A DNA stretch of 62,173 nt, the filler included, from Dirinaria sp. TL-2023a (Eukaryota): assembly GCA_051941275.1 (NCBI GenBank). It is 9 parts of 9 records of this genome, joined end to end, with 100 filler letters (N's around TTAATTAATTAA, not from the genome) between each part and the next. Parts side by side here need not be neighbours in the genome. Positions count along the whole stretch, not along the records: positions 6,935 to 13,762 come from JAVEBF010001409.1; positions 13,863 to 20,689 come from JAVEBF010001410.1; positions 20,790 to 27,613 come from JAVEBF010001411.1; 6 more parts are not named here. One strand, 5' to 3'. Every line of letters begins with the position of its first letter. Within the stretch, counting starts at the first letter, position 1. This document shows, one piece after another, positions 12,919-24,166 of this stretch. Below the pieces are notes generated by a model that saw only the letters and a program-made list of their open reading frames with translations, made no database searches and was not told where the DNA came from. The translations under genes and the position numbers were made by a program.

Positions 12919-13762
12919 AATACTCGAACATCTGATCTGAATGGAAAATTAAGTGATAGCCCGGCTGATTCACCTCCCCTCGACCAAAATAAGCCTTTGG
13001 GCCACAGTGTCTGAGGCTATGCAGTGGGATTTCATCCATTCACTAATTTTAGGTCCATTGCATGTTAACAAAAACCCTGAACTAGCCCTAGAGTCACATG
13101 CTCCAAAATCGATTGCATAACCAGCAACAAGCATGCCATTACAGTTGCAAATCAGTGACAAGCTTGCCACGAAAATCTCCTCGACTCATAATGAGTTTTC
13201 GAACAACGCCAATAGAAGCGGCATATACCTATGGCAAAACCTAAAAAGATCAATGATGCGAATTGTGTTGTGATGTGTTGAAAGTAAGCAAGTATTTGCG
13301 CCTTAGTCGCCTTCTCACTATGATTTTCCTTTATAGATTTCTCTGATTTCTTTCAATCATGCTTGCCAGTATAGTCATCATGCAGGCAAATATGAGGTGC
13401 TTACATGTATCTTGGTTATGAGAATGAAAACTTCTCCTTTCTTTAGGGCAGTCATCAGATCAATTGGTTTTCAATTTGCTGTTCTTTCAGAACCAACGAG
13501 AGATGAAACACAGTGACATAGTATCAAATATGTAGTACTCAGAAAGATATACCTCTCTGGAACTGTGCCGTAGGTATTTTGAATTAACCTCTGAAGTCTG
13601 CTGACAGTATCAAGATTACGTGGATGACCGCCAGAGTTATCATACCTTGCATGGCCATCACGACGGTCGTCTCCCATCATGTAGAAACATCAGTCAGACC
13701 AAGCCTCACTCGGTCTGCAAACAGACTTCGAGGATCCATGACATTGAACCCCTCGGCCTACC

Positions 13763-13862
13763 NNNNNNNNNNNNNNNNNNNNNNNNNNNNNNNNNNNNNN
13801 NNNNNNTTAATTAATTAANNNNNNNNNNNNNNNNNNNNNNNNNNNNNNNNNNNNNNNNNNNN
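13763..13862. other. Artificial contig linker
   Basis: N44-TTAATTAATTAA-N44. Confidence 0.99.
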
Positions 13863-13899
13863 GGGGGGGGGGGGGGGGGGGGCAGATGGGGTCTAATAC

Positions 13900-13969
13900 C
13901 GATAGCGAGGGTCAGGAAACCGAACCCGAACAGGATCCCCAGGTAGCCGATTAGAGGGAGGATCCACAT
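13900..13969 (-). CDS. SVP26: First exon of Svp26/TEX261 (Erv26) ER-Golgi cargo adaptor; rest of gene off contig
   Basis: MWILPLIGYLGILFGFGFLTLAI followed by a GT donor matches the conserved N-terminus of Pezizomycotina Svp26. Not in the ORF track. Confidence 0.8.
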
Positions 13970-14638
13970 TTCTGGAGGAGGATTGGGGGAAAAGGGGGCG
14001 CGAGGTGCGGCGCTGACAAGGAGGTCTTTTTTGGATGAAGTTACTTAAGGTACGGATACCTTATCCTTACCTGGAGGTGGCGATGCGGGCTTGGCAAAGG
14101 GCAGCTCGGGGGGGAAGCTCAGTGGGGGTGTGTTTGGTAGGTAAGTAGTCTTGGCATTATATACATACGGTAGTGCATGATTCCATAGCTTTTATCCAAT
14201 TTAACTTCTTACCCACCTTGATTACGACAATATCATAGTGCAAAAAGTGGCTTGATTTCCCTATCTACCAGCCCATCAATGTAAATCCACGACCACACGA
14301 TTACTCATCATCACCCGCCATCGTATTCTGAAGATTGAGTTTCAGAGTTATAACGTGACGGTAAAGGAGAAGGGTGACTGTTTAAACTGAGAAGACATGG
14401 GATGATAGTGGCACAGCGTGTTAACAGTACTACTAGGACTAATTCCTGCAGTCATTGTCGTCCTGGAAGCTTCCTAAATATTTGAATTGATTTGCTATAT
14501 CTTTCAAAGAGTGACAACTTTTCGTTAAACCTCCGCAAAGAAAACGAGAGAAGCTTTGCCGTAAACACCCATACACGGTTCGAGGCGGAAAGACTTGAAG
14601 ATCTCGTCTTAGTGTTTCTGCTGCTGGAGTCATGACGC

Positions 14639-15130
14639 TCAGAGGCCGATTTTCACTTGGAATACGTCGCCATTGTCGCCTTTGCCAGAATTCGACTCAT
14701 ATCCGTATTTGCAGCGGTCGTCTGAAGTTGAAGCACTGACATGGCAGCCACGATCGCATTGCTCCTCCCAAACAACATAGTAGCCACCTCGGCAAACAAA
14801 TAACGAGTCCTTGATAGCCTTCTCATCCGTCGGGCCTCCTTGTTTCTTACTGTACTCTTGCAGTTGCTCAATCGAGTAACCTATTTTTTTGGAGAAGACA
14901 TTTTAGTTTTCTAGATGAAGTGTTCTTGGCATTGCACACTCTTGATCGAAGCAAATAAATTTGCAGGGCTTACCTTGCTTGTCCACCAAATCTGTAGCGC
15001 AATATGATCGCCTGTCAGTGCAGGTTCCGCCTTCAGTTCCGAGGTCAGATGATTCGATCACGATTTTTAAAGGGTTGGCAATCGTCAGCACTGGAAGGAA
15101 GACAGTGGCGATGAGTGTAATGTATTTCAT
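14639..15130 (-). CDS. Small secreted cysteine-rich protein, about 132 aa with 6 Cys; 2 exons (15130-14974, 14880-14639)
   Basis: Signal peptide MKYITLIATVFLPVLTIA; GTAAGC...TAG intron. Spliced core CTDRRSYC...GY...DSLFVC...QCDRGC...DDRC. Confidence 0.8.
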
Positions 15131-16554
15131 CTTGAGAGATGAAGATTGTACAAGATTCTGATGAAAGAGGTCAAGAGCTACTGAAAATTTGGCTAGAGAA
15201 TGAGTGTAGGTGATCTTGAGAATGTGTGGACAGAGAATGTCGACTTCGAGTACGAACAGTGACCCTTATATATTGACTAAAAGCAAACGACACGGTGAGT
15301 GTAACCATTTAATAGGCATAATTGGCTCCCTCTAGATGATCATGTGGCTGGGCGCCACCATGCAGCGTGAACATCACGCCGAGCGGGATCTTCACAGAGT
15401 TATCAGTTTCGAAGATTCATTGTTTGACCGACAGCCATCGGCGATCATTGAATGCCACTTCTTGAATCCGATGCAAGTGCATCAAGAGCAGTACTGCAGT
15501 TGGGATAGCGAATGCTCATGGATCGGCGGCCTCCGATCAAAAAAAAAGCCCGAATACAAGAGTCCGCAAAGCGTCCAAAGCGCTCTGACTTTCCTGCGTA
15601 GTCCCTCCAATTGTACATCTAGACTCGGCATCGCCGAGAAGATGGTAATAGGAGAGGTCTTCCATCCGTTTCCCAAAGCGGCCGCGGTGCTAATTCCGTG
15701 ATGCATACCAGGACATCGTCGGACTTGCCCTTTGTTGGCTGTTTAGTCTCCTTGGTACATGCGTTCTACTTGGCCGGAATGTGAGAGCCTCGAAGTGCAT
15801 GTCCTCGGCTTCTCCGATATACTCTAGGTCAATCATTCATGTTTGATTATTTTACCGGCCTGCTGCTTAGATCGAGAGATGAATCGGTTAGGACTCAAGC
15901 CGCGGGATAGCACCTGACCATTTCGAAGGCATAGGAATGTGCTACCACTCGAAACATTATCCAGGAGGTAACATGATTATGCTATGGGGAGCAGGTAACC
16001 ATTCAATAATGGTGATGTGGATCGATGTCTGCACAGGTACGGAGTATTTAGTTTTCAAAGTGCCGAGCCACTAAATCAGATCGGAGCGAGCACTCATCCG
16101 TAAGGAGAAGCATCAGGGGCGCAGCCGCCCACCACGACACACACTACTCGAGGTCGCGCGATGTTACTCGCATTCACCTACTTTACCTTAGGTACCTTAG
16201 CGGATATATACGATTCCATGGGACCGAGAAGGCGCGGTAGCTCTGGAAAAACCTCATAATCATGATTGTTCTTAGATCGTTATTGTTTGGTGAGGTGAAA
16301 ATATCTCCTTTAACCCTAACCCTAACAAGAAAGTACCTTAAGGTAGGCGAGCTCGGCGAGTAAGGCGGACCTCACCCCTATCGAGGTCGGGGCAAATTAT
16401 TGTCTTCTTGGATTTGCTATGACACCCCCCCTGAGCCCCCTCCACCAGGATTAGTATTTCTTGCCCTTATATATCTGAGCAGTGTTCGATTCTCCCCCAC
16501 CGAAACCTTCGTTACACGGGATTCTGGGAGCAGACGTACTTGAGGCAATGGTAG

Positions 16555-17070
16555 ATGGCCTCTAAGCAGCCAGAAGATAGCTTTGGCAAAAGAATTAGAC
16601 ATAGCTTGAGAATTATTCTCGTATAAGGCACCAGCGGTACGAGGCAGTTAACGTCCTGCTGATATGCTGGAAAGACGATGACACCGACAGTGCAACGGAG
16701 ATTGAGCAGTTACACACTCTCTTGCAAGAGACCTTCAATTACACAGCCCGCTCATACCAAATCCCTTCCACAAGCCTCACAGGCATCGCTCAATTTGCAA
16801 ATCGCCTCGTTTCTCCATTCTTTTACGGGATCTGACAGTCTCCTCGTCATCTACTATGGAGGTCATGGCGGGCCAAGAGTAGGGCAGCATAAAAGCCCCT
16901 GCACTTGGGCAGCGGAAGCTCGCCTTTGACCTCCACGCCTGTGAGCCCAGACTAAAATAAAATTGCCTTCGGTTCTCACGGAACAAATGCAGCTGATGGT
17001 TCGTTAAGTTTTTTTTTTTGAAGATTTTGAGAAGTTAGTGGTACGATATATAGCTGACTCTGATATTTAA
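16555..17070 (+). pseudogene. Caspase-like (clan CD / peptidase C14-related) protein pseudogene, N-terminal half
   Basis: RYEAVNVLLICWKDDD...EIEQLHTLLQETFNY...YQIPS, then a frameshift, then SLNLQIASFL...LLVIYYGGHG...WAA. Further frameshifts near 16580-16610, donor mutated (GC/GGAAG), relic WYDI* after the intron. Confidence 0.72.
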
Positions 17071-17071
17071 T

Positions 17072-17627
17072 TAGTGATGGGTTAGCGAAGAGAGGTGGCG
17101 GAGATCCCGGCAGACCTCTCGTGTGTGCACGCGAGAGAAACACCCCCTTTTTACACGAGTTGGGAGTGGATCAGAGGTTTCTATTCGATTTTCATCATCT
17201 CTTCACCTTTGAAATCTATTCCTCAATTTGAAATCAGTAAGTAGGGTTGGATCAACGAAAATCCGTACATCTCTGAGAATACTCAAATCTTTTTTTTATT
17301 TGCAGAGTTGAGGGGTGAAAAATAGATAGTAGGCAGTATGGCAGACAGTACCTTGTGATAAGGTTTTTTCGCATGCGTTTTTTTTTGTATGATTGTTTTG
17401 TAATGTATTTCGTATGGCGCTTTTATGATAGATAGTTATGGTGGACAGTATTGTAGGCAGTTAGGCAGTAGGACAGGCAGTATGACAAGACCAATGAAAG
17501 ATCATGTTTATGGCTGTGCGAAACAAAAGATGTAAAAGTGAAAAAAAAAAAGGGATTTTCAATTTTCCCCCAGTTTTGAGTTTTGAGTTCTCGATTTTTT
17601 GTCGAAAGTCAGACTTAATCATCAGTA
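17072..17627. mobile_element. Possible non-autonomous DNA-transposon remnant (AT-rich insertion)
   Basis: Starts TAGTGATGGG (hAT-like end). Right end reverse complement TACTGATGATTAAG matches the left end at 10/14. Internal hairpin CTCTCGTGTG-TG-CACGCGAGAG and GGCAGTA repeats. No TSD recognised. Confidence 0.3.
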
Positions 17628-17729
17628 GTCAGATCTGATCGCCTGTAGTTCGAGACGATTCCGCTGCCGGAAGTTGCGTCGAATTGTCCTCCAAACTTCG
17701 CTGCAATAGGCTGGGCTAAGCTTGCTCAT

Positions 17730-20689
17730 TTATGATGTCTGAAGTATTCCCATGTTCCTATGTCTCAAAGATCCATACTTCTTTAACCTCTTTGTAGCTA
17801 GCTCTTTTCCACGAAGCCTACGAAGGCTGAACGGGAACGTGCTCCATTCGTCCTTCCATTTCCCCCCCTTATCCAATTCAAGGCCGGTATACTTCCCCTC
17901 CAAGCCTGGCCATGAAGCTTTGGCGTCCGCAACTTTGTAATTTTGCTTGATGAGCATTATGCCGCGGCTCACATAGTTGATGTAAGTGCATAGGTGGAAT
18001 TCGGTGATCCCTTCGAACCGACTGTCGTTCCGCAACATATGCCAGCGTAGTAATTCTTGGGCAACACCGAGTGAGCCGGGCCTCAGAGATTCAGCCATCT
18101 TCGCCCCTGGGGTCAAGGCAGGCCCGCTCTTGAGACGTTTGATTCGCTCTGTCGCTGATTCCGCAGCATGAGATATGACGCGTGAGACACGATCCAGGAT
18201 GTAAGGTTTTCTGCGCATTTCCGGACTGGGTTGCTGCTGCGTGGAAACTGCATCATCCGGCTTGTTATCGATTTCAACTGTTCCACTTTCGAATACATAA
18301 CCCGACACCCGTGATACCCAGCATGCAATCTGAAAAGGTAGGAAGGCAACGGTCAGGCCACTTTCGTCGTTGCTGGCCCTCTTGGTAGCCAAGAACGGCA
18401 CATTCGCGTCCGCGCCGGCCTCGAGAAGAAGCCGAACAACGTCAATGTCCAGGAAAGCCGCTGCTCGCTGGAGCATGTTGACGTCGTCCTCGTCCGGTGT
18501 GTTGATGTATGCTGCGATTAAAGCATTGGAGAGCAAGGCTCGCGACTCGTCCCAGAGCAAAACCTCAAGATCCTTGTACTGGCTCCCGGAAGGGGAAAAA
18601 TAAGCATCCCTTGATAAGAGTAGGTGGTGAAGCACTTCATGCGCTTTTGACACTGCAAACAGGGTCGATGCGTCCTTGTCGCCAAAATGATTCCAGGTAA
18701 ACCCTTTGAATTCTCGACGCCGCAACCTTTTCTGGGGGATTAGCCACGACACGGGGTGCTCACGAGCCATGCTGCTGCCGAGGGCATTTTCACCCCTAAC
18801 TCCATGCGAGGATAAGATTCCCTGCATCTCAAGGCTCCCTAACAGGGCGGCGATGTCCGAGCAAGACATCGGAATAGGCTTGTATCTCTTCTGGTGGACG
18901 TCCACTCCCTTTTCAAGCAAGACCTGCACCGCCACAGTCCAGCCTGCTTCCACGGCCATGTGGAGAACATTAAGGCTGCAGACAATGTCAGGAGAATTCG
19001 AACGCCTCAGTTCTCTGACCTCATCGAGTTCAGTGATAGAAAAGTTCCGAAGTATGGCCTCAAGAAGGCGCCTCCAAGCCCTGTTAGACTTTGCGTATTC
19101 AAACGCAACGTACAAGGTCGATTTCAGTACTTCGTAAAGTCCATCACTTTCGAAACCTTGCAGGATGACCGAAGGGGGACACAAATCCACGAGCACCTCC
19201 AAAGCCCTAAGGCATGATCGAGTCCTTGCATAGCAGATGCAATTCATGAGCATAGCCTCATAATCTATCAAGCCATACGCGTTACAGAGCCGAATCGTAC
19301 GCTCAATGGCCATATCGCCGTCTCGCCCGTGACAGATAAGATGCGCAAAAGCCCGACTAAAGATGAGAAGTGGACAGTCTTCCTTGGTGAATAGGCCCGA
19401 TAAAGCCGTGTTGGAAAGCAAGCCCTCAGCTATTTCATAATATGCATGGGAAATTGCATGTCGGAGTATGTTTTTTTCTAGACCTTTGGAGTACGGAAGC
19501 AATACAGCGACCAGGCGACGGTGCCTTGCAATAACAGCCCATTCGATGGGTGTCCCGACAAGCTCTAAGCCCAATTTCTCTAGGCGGGTCGCTTCGGAGC
19601 AAGCATCCGTAGGAGCGCCGTGAGCAATGAGCATGCTCACGGCCCTGTCAATCGAGTCCGCAGGCATGTAGATTAGAAGATGCAAGGCAGTGATTTCCTT
19701 GCATCCACAAAGCGAGGGGTCGATACCATAGTCAAGAAGAATTTCCATCGTAGACAAACTGGCACCTATACAAGCGGCGTGTAATGCATTGATTCGACCC
19801 TCGTGAGGCTGAGAAACTTCAGTAGTGCGAGGAGCGGTGCCATGAGTTGATTCTCGCCTAGTAGTGCAGCAATAACCAACATCATTATCACATCACCAGA
19901 CCCGACAATATCTGCTCCAATCTTGTGAAAAATGAACCCGGTCGCCATCATCTCGATATGATTAACGCTGGACCAGGATTTGCCCTCAAGCGTGGAGGCT
20001 CGAATCTGTTTACTTGCAGAGACGACTCGAGACTGAATTCTTCTCATCAAGTACAGCTCGGAGGAAGCATGGTCTTCAATCTCACTTCCTTCTGGAACTG
20101 CTTTAAACTGGTATTTTTTAGAGTGTTCGGCAGGAAACCCTAGAGCCTCTGAAATTCTGTGAAAGCTAAAGGGAAAAGCGGTGCTGTATGATTTTGCCAC
20201 CTTCAGCCAGTGGAGAGCTTCTGCCGAATCATAGTCTGTGCCGAATGCGATAAGATAGCACTCTGACAAATATAAGGCGGCCCTCTGGCGGAGTTGGTCA
20301 AAGTCGTCAAAGGGTAAGGGCGAAGTAGTGCACATCTTGAGTTCATCAAGAGCTTGCCGCTGCAAACTATCTGGAAGGCATAAGACCGTGTAGTCCAGAA
20401 TCTGTAAGAGTAAGAGGGTCAGCAGATCACGGTCAATCGCAAAGCAGATCATAATCGAGAAACGGCCGAACTGAAAACAGACAACGTGGAGCGTAGGACC
20501 AACTTACTGCGTCTTTTGGGAAATATGAGCTCCAGCTCTGAAGGCCTCCATACATGAGGTCCCGTAGAATTGATATCTTTTCGACTTCATTAAAATTAAC
20601 GCTAAGAGCTGGCATCAGTGTCATATTGCGGTATTGTAGATTTATAATCTGACCTAGGCTTCTTTGCAGGGGCCACGAGAATCTCCCAG
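17730..20689 (-). pseudogene. Sel1-like plus ankyrin-repeat protein, probably with an N-terminal kinase off contig; 1-nt frameshift near 19825
   Basis: Intron 20507-20402. Sel1-like AALYLSECYLIAFGTDYDSAEALHWL. Frame switch needed to reach RINALHAACIG and later ankyrins (TALHL, TPIEWAV, NVLHMAV, LLLEAGADAN). 5' partial. Confidence 0.7.
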
Positions 20690-20789
20690 NNNNNNNNNNN
20701 NNNNNNNNNNNNNNNNNNNNNNNNNNNNNNNNNTTAATTAATTAANNNNNNNNNNNNNNNNNNNNNNNNNNNNNNNNNNNNNNNNNNNN
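20690..20789. other. Artificial contig linker
   Basis: N44-TTAATTAATTAA-N44. Confidence 0.99.
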
Positions 20790-21138
20790 GAGGGGAGGGG
20801 AAGAGGGTTTTTGAAGGGAGGAGTAAGGTAAGTACCTAACGTATTTGTATATGGTGGGGTTTTGAATTTTGAAGGTGGTGATGGAGATATCAGATAGTTT
20901 TGAGATGTTTGTTGTATAGTAGGGTTTTTATAGGGTTCGAATCTGTGACTATCCTGCTTTTTTGACAGTATTTCAACTCCTGGAAGGAAAATAACTTTTC
21001 CTAAGTAATTTTGCTTTCGCCGCTCATAATGTCTAGCACCTTGATGCTGAAAGGTATTAACATTTCCCGTGAACGCCGAGGTCCATGCTGCCGTTATTGT
21101 TGAAGTACGAGTACCATCAATAATCATCCCACCAAGTA

Positions 21139-21664
21139 TCACTCGACGCTCGGCGCCTTCCATTCAAACTCTTGAAGAAAAAGAAAAAAGAACGATCAGA
21201 TCAGTAAACATTCTCTGGCAAACTTCTCCAGGGAAGAGGCGGGAGGGGATGCCTACTCTGTCTGCACATGGGACACAAGCCTTTCGAGGCCTCCTGGTTT
21301 ATCCAGGTAAAAAGGCAGTGCTTATATCAAAAGAAACCCCCACGTAAGCGTTCGTAAGGTATAGCTAGTAGTAGGGTGCACCAAAAAAGGTGGCCGTACC
21401 ATGTGAAAGGAGTGTCCGCATTTCCCGATCACTGAAAATACATTGGTATCAGCAATCTCCTGAAGTTTTTCTCCGCCAGATGGGATTGGGTTGAAAGGGA
21501 TAGATAGGGGGTTCAAACTGACGGAGCGCGCAATCATCGCCCGGATACTTGCACGTCGGACATGTTCCGTCGAATTGCACTCGGCAGATGCCACAGACGT
21601 CGTCTTCGGGCATGTCCCACCGCCATGATGCGACGGCGCTCCATTCTTCGATCGTGACCTTCAT
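21139..21664 (-). CDS. APC11: Anaphase-promoting complex subunit 11 (RING-H2), 4 exons (21664-21523, 21431-21400, 21320-21257, 21170-21139)
   Basis: Spliced protein MKVTIEEWSAVASWRWD...CGICRVQFDGTCPTCKYPGDDCALLIGKCGHSFHMHCLFTWI...CPMCRQKFEWK. Confidence 0.95.
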
Positions 21665-22098
21665 TTTGAATTGTGGAGCAGGTGCTGATGGTTTGCGCGA
21701 TACATGTGGGATGCAGGAGAAGAGGTTGGGAAAGTAAGGCTATCACTGCAAATGATGACTGACTCAGACAGGAGTGATGCTCTTTTTTTACTTGCGAAAA
21801 GCTCCTTTAGGTGGTACTTGGTCAGGATTGTTTCGTCATCGTAACGGTTTGTTGATTTGTTTGTTGATCGACACCTTGCGAGCTTTATCGATAAGAGATA
21901 GATTAGGTACAGTAATTTCTCTTGTGATTGTGATGTCCCTGCTTCAACCAGACAACCCCACAACTGAACGCTGATAAAAGGTACGGGAATCCTCAACAGC
22001 CTTCAGGGCACAGCTAGCCTCATGGCTTCATTGCCATGTGCTGTTTGATAGCTCTCGACAATGCGACGCAAAGCTTCAGCGGTGCCAATCGATCAATC

Positions 22099-23288
22099 AT
22101 GGCGCTAGTGAAACGCTTTAAAATCTCTGCCAATCCGCTACCGAGCTCCCGACTTCACCCTCAATCTTCTACTGTGCGGCGGTTCTCTGTCTCGCAAACA
22201 CGCAATGTCTCCCTCGACTCTTACGTAGTCACGCCAAACGAGCTTTTAAACGCGCTCAGAAAGAATGTTCACACCAGGATCTCCACCGCGCCGAGAGTGG
22301 TCCCCGTTTGCGCATCGTGGTTCCTTCCCAATGATCCACAAGGCCGGACAGGTCAAGATGTCTTTAAGAAGCAGCGCATACCCTCTGCGAGGTTTTTTGA
22401 CCTTGACGCGATCAAAGACCATGACTCGCCCTACCCCCACATGTTACCAACTGAGGAAGGCTTCGCGGAAGCTATGCAGAAACTAGGCATCAGGAAGGAT
22501 GATGCTGTAGTAGTCTACGATTCACAAGAGTTAGGAATCTTTAGTGCACCTCGTGTGGGATGGACCTTCAAGGTCTTTGGGCACCCGAACGTCCATCTCC
22601 TCAACAACTTTCGACTGTGGGTGCAGCAAGGCTATCCGACTGAAACTGGAGATATCGAAGTTGTCGTAGAAGAAGGAAGCCATTACCCCGTTCCAAGTAT
22701 TGATCCAGGCAAAGTGGTAAAATTCGCGGAGATGAGAGACATCGCAAAGGACTACAACAAGGAAGGCGCGGAAGGAGTGCAGGTCCTCGATGCAAGAAGC
22801 AAAGGACGTTGGACAGGCTCTGAGCCGGAGCCAAGACCTGGGCTTTCGAGCGGACATATCCCAGGTAGTATCAATGTGCCTTTCAACGAGCTTCTGGACC
22901 CCACGACAGGTGCGCTGCTACCAGAAGATGAGCTCAGGAGAGTCTTCGAGGCGAAGGGGATCGATGTAGAGAAGCCGATCGTTAGCAGCTGTGGAACCGG
23001 CGTCACAGCGGCTGTTATTGACGCTGCATTGGGTGAAGCAAGATTTGGTAACGAGCAGGAACGAAGACTGTATGATGGCAGTTGGACAGAGTAAGTCATC
23101 CTTCCACGAGCTTAGAGTGCATCATCTGCAGCCAAAACGAGCTAGGAGATATGTTTGAGTAGAGTTTGCTCTATGAACATTCTTACATCTCGCGATTCGC
23201 TCCCTGAAAGAAGCAAGCTGACTCTAGATCCCGTAGGTGGGCACAAAGAGTGAGGGAGGGTGAACGGCTGATCCGTAAACAGGCCTGA
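22099..23288 (+). CDS. TUM1: 3-mercaptopyruvate/thiosulfate sulfurtransferase (tandem rhodanese), intron 23091-23236
   Basis: RIPSARFFDLD, YPHMLP, SAPRVGW, LDARSKGRW, SGHIPGS, active site SCGTGVTA, LYDGSWTEW; mitochondrial-type presequence. Alternative ATG at 22036. Confidence 0.92.
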
Positions 23289-24166
23289 TCAGGCCTTCTT
23301 GATATGAGATGCGGTCTCACATGCCTCACAATATCATTCTCAGCTTGATTCAATCAGTCTTTGCCTTCACGATACTGTTCAGCTTTGGAGTCAGATTTGA
23401 TATAATTGGTCATTTATCATCTTCACTGACTCAAGTGTTGGTAGCATAGGGAATGCCGATGTCGCAGCAAGGCTATGTCAATGGGGGCTGGTCTTCAATG
23501 GAAATAGAAGCGATGATTCAGTTGAATATATATGCACATAGCCTTTGAATGTCCATTCTTGAAGTGAGGCTAGCTGTATTCATCATTGCCCACTTAGGCT
23601 CTCAGGTTGATTTCAGATGAATCATTTATTGACGGGTGAAGGGGATCCTAAGCCACTGAGGCTGACCCAGACTAAACTCTTTTCGGACTAGATTCGTTGG
23701 GCTCCACGTTCGGGCAGATCCAGTTCAACTTCTCATTCACTCCATCACCAATCTCTCAACATTTGTTGTTGACCAGTAATCACATTTCCTCATGTTCCTC
23801 TCAAGCCACTTTCTGGCGAATCCTCCGCACTTCTGCAATAGCGACCATTTATGTTACCCATAGCTTGCTGCTGGATTTCCCTTCGAACCCATCCCTCTAC
23901 CCCCAACGAAAATGTCAAAATACTCGCGAGCCCAAGGAAGTCTCCAATACGGTCCGTCATCGAACTTTTCCCTCTAGCTTGTCTCTCGATTCCAGCTTTA
24001 ACACAGCCTTGCATCTTCGATTTAGCCACTTATTCTACATTTGCAGTCTCACATCATCATGCCACAGTGACTGTACTGACCTGGCTTTAGACCCTGCTCT
24101 TGGGTCGCCCCAGATCGAAATACCGTCTCCATGATTTAGCCGCAGATCCTACATTTTGCCCACACT

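Noticed and set aside
14061..14160. ATCCTTACCTGG as the U1 snRNA 5' end
   Set aside because: Mismatch to ATACTTACCTG; no U1-70K loop, U1A loop or Sm site seen
8492..20689. NLR, caspase-like and ankyrin genes as one immune cluster
   Set aside because: The NLR is on a different contig; contigs are ordered by length
21750..21975. Box C/D snoRNA starting at ATGATGA
   Set aside because: No terminal stem or recognisable rRNA guide; lies in the APC11/TUM1 divergent promoter
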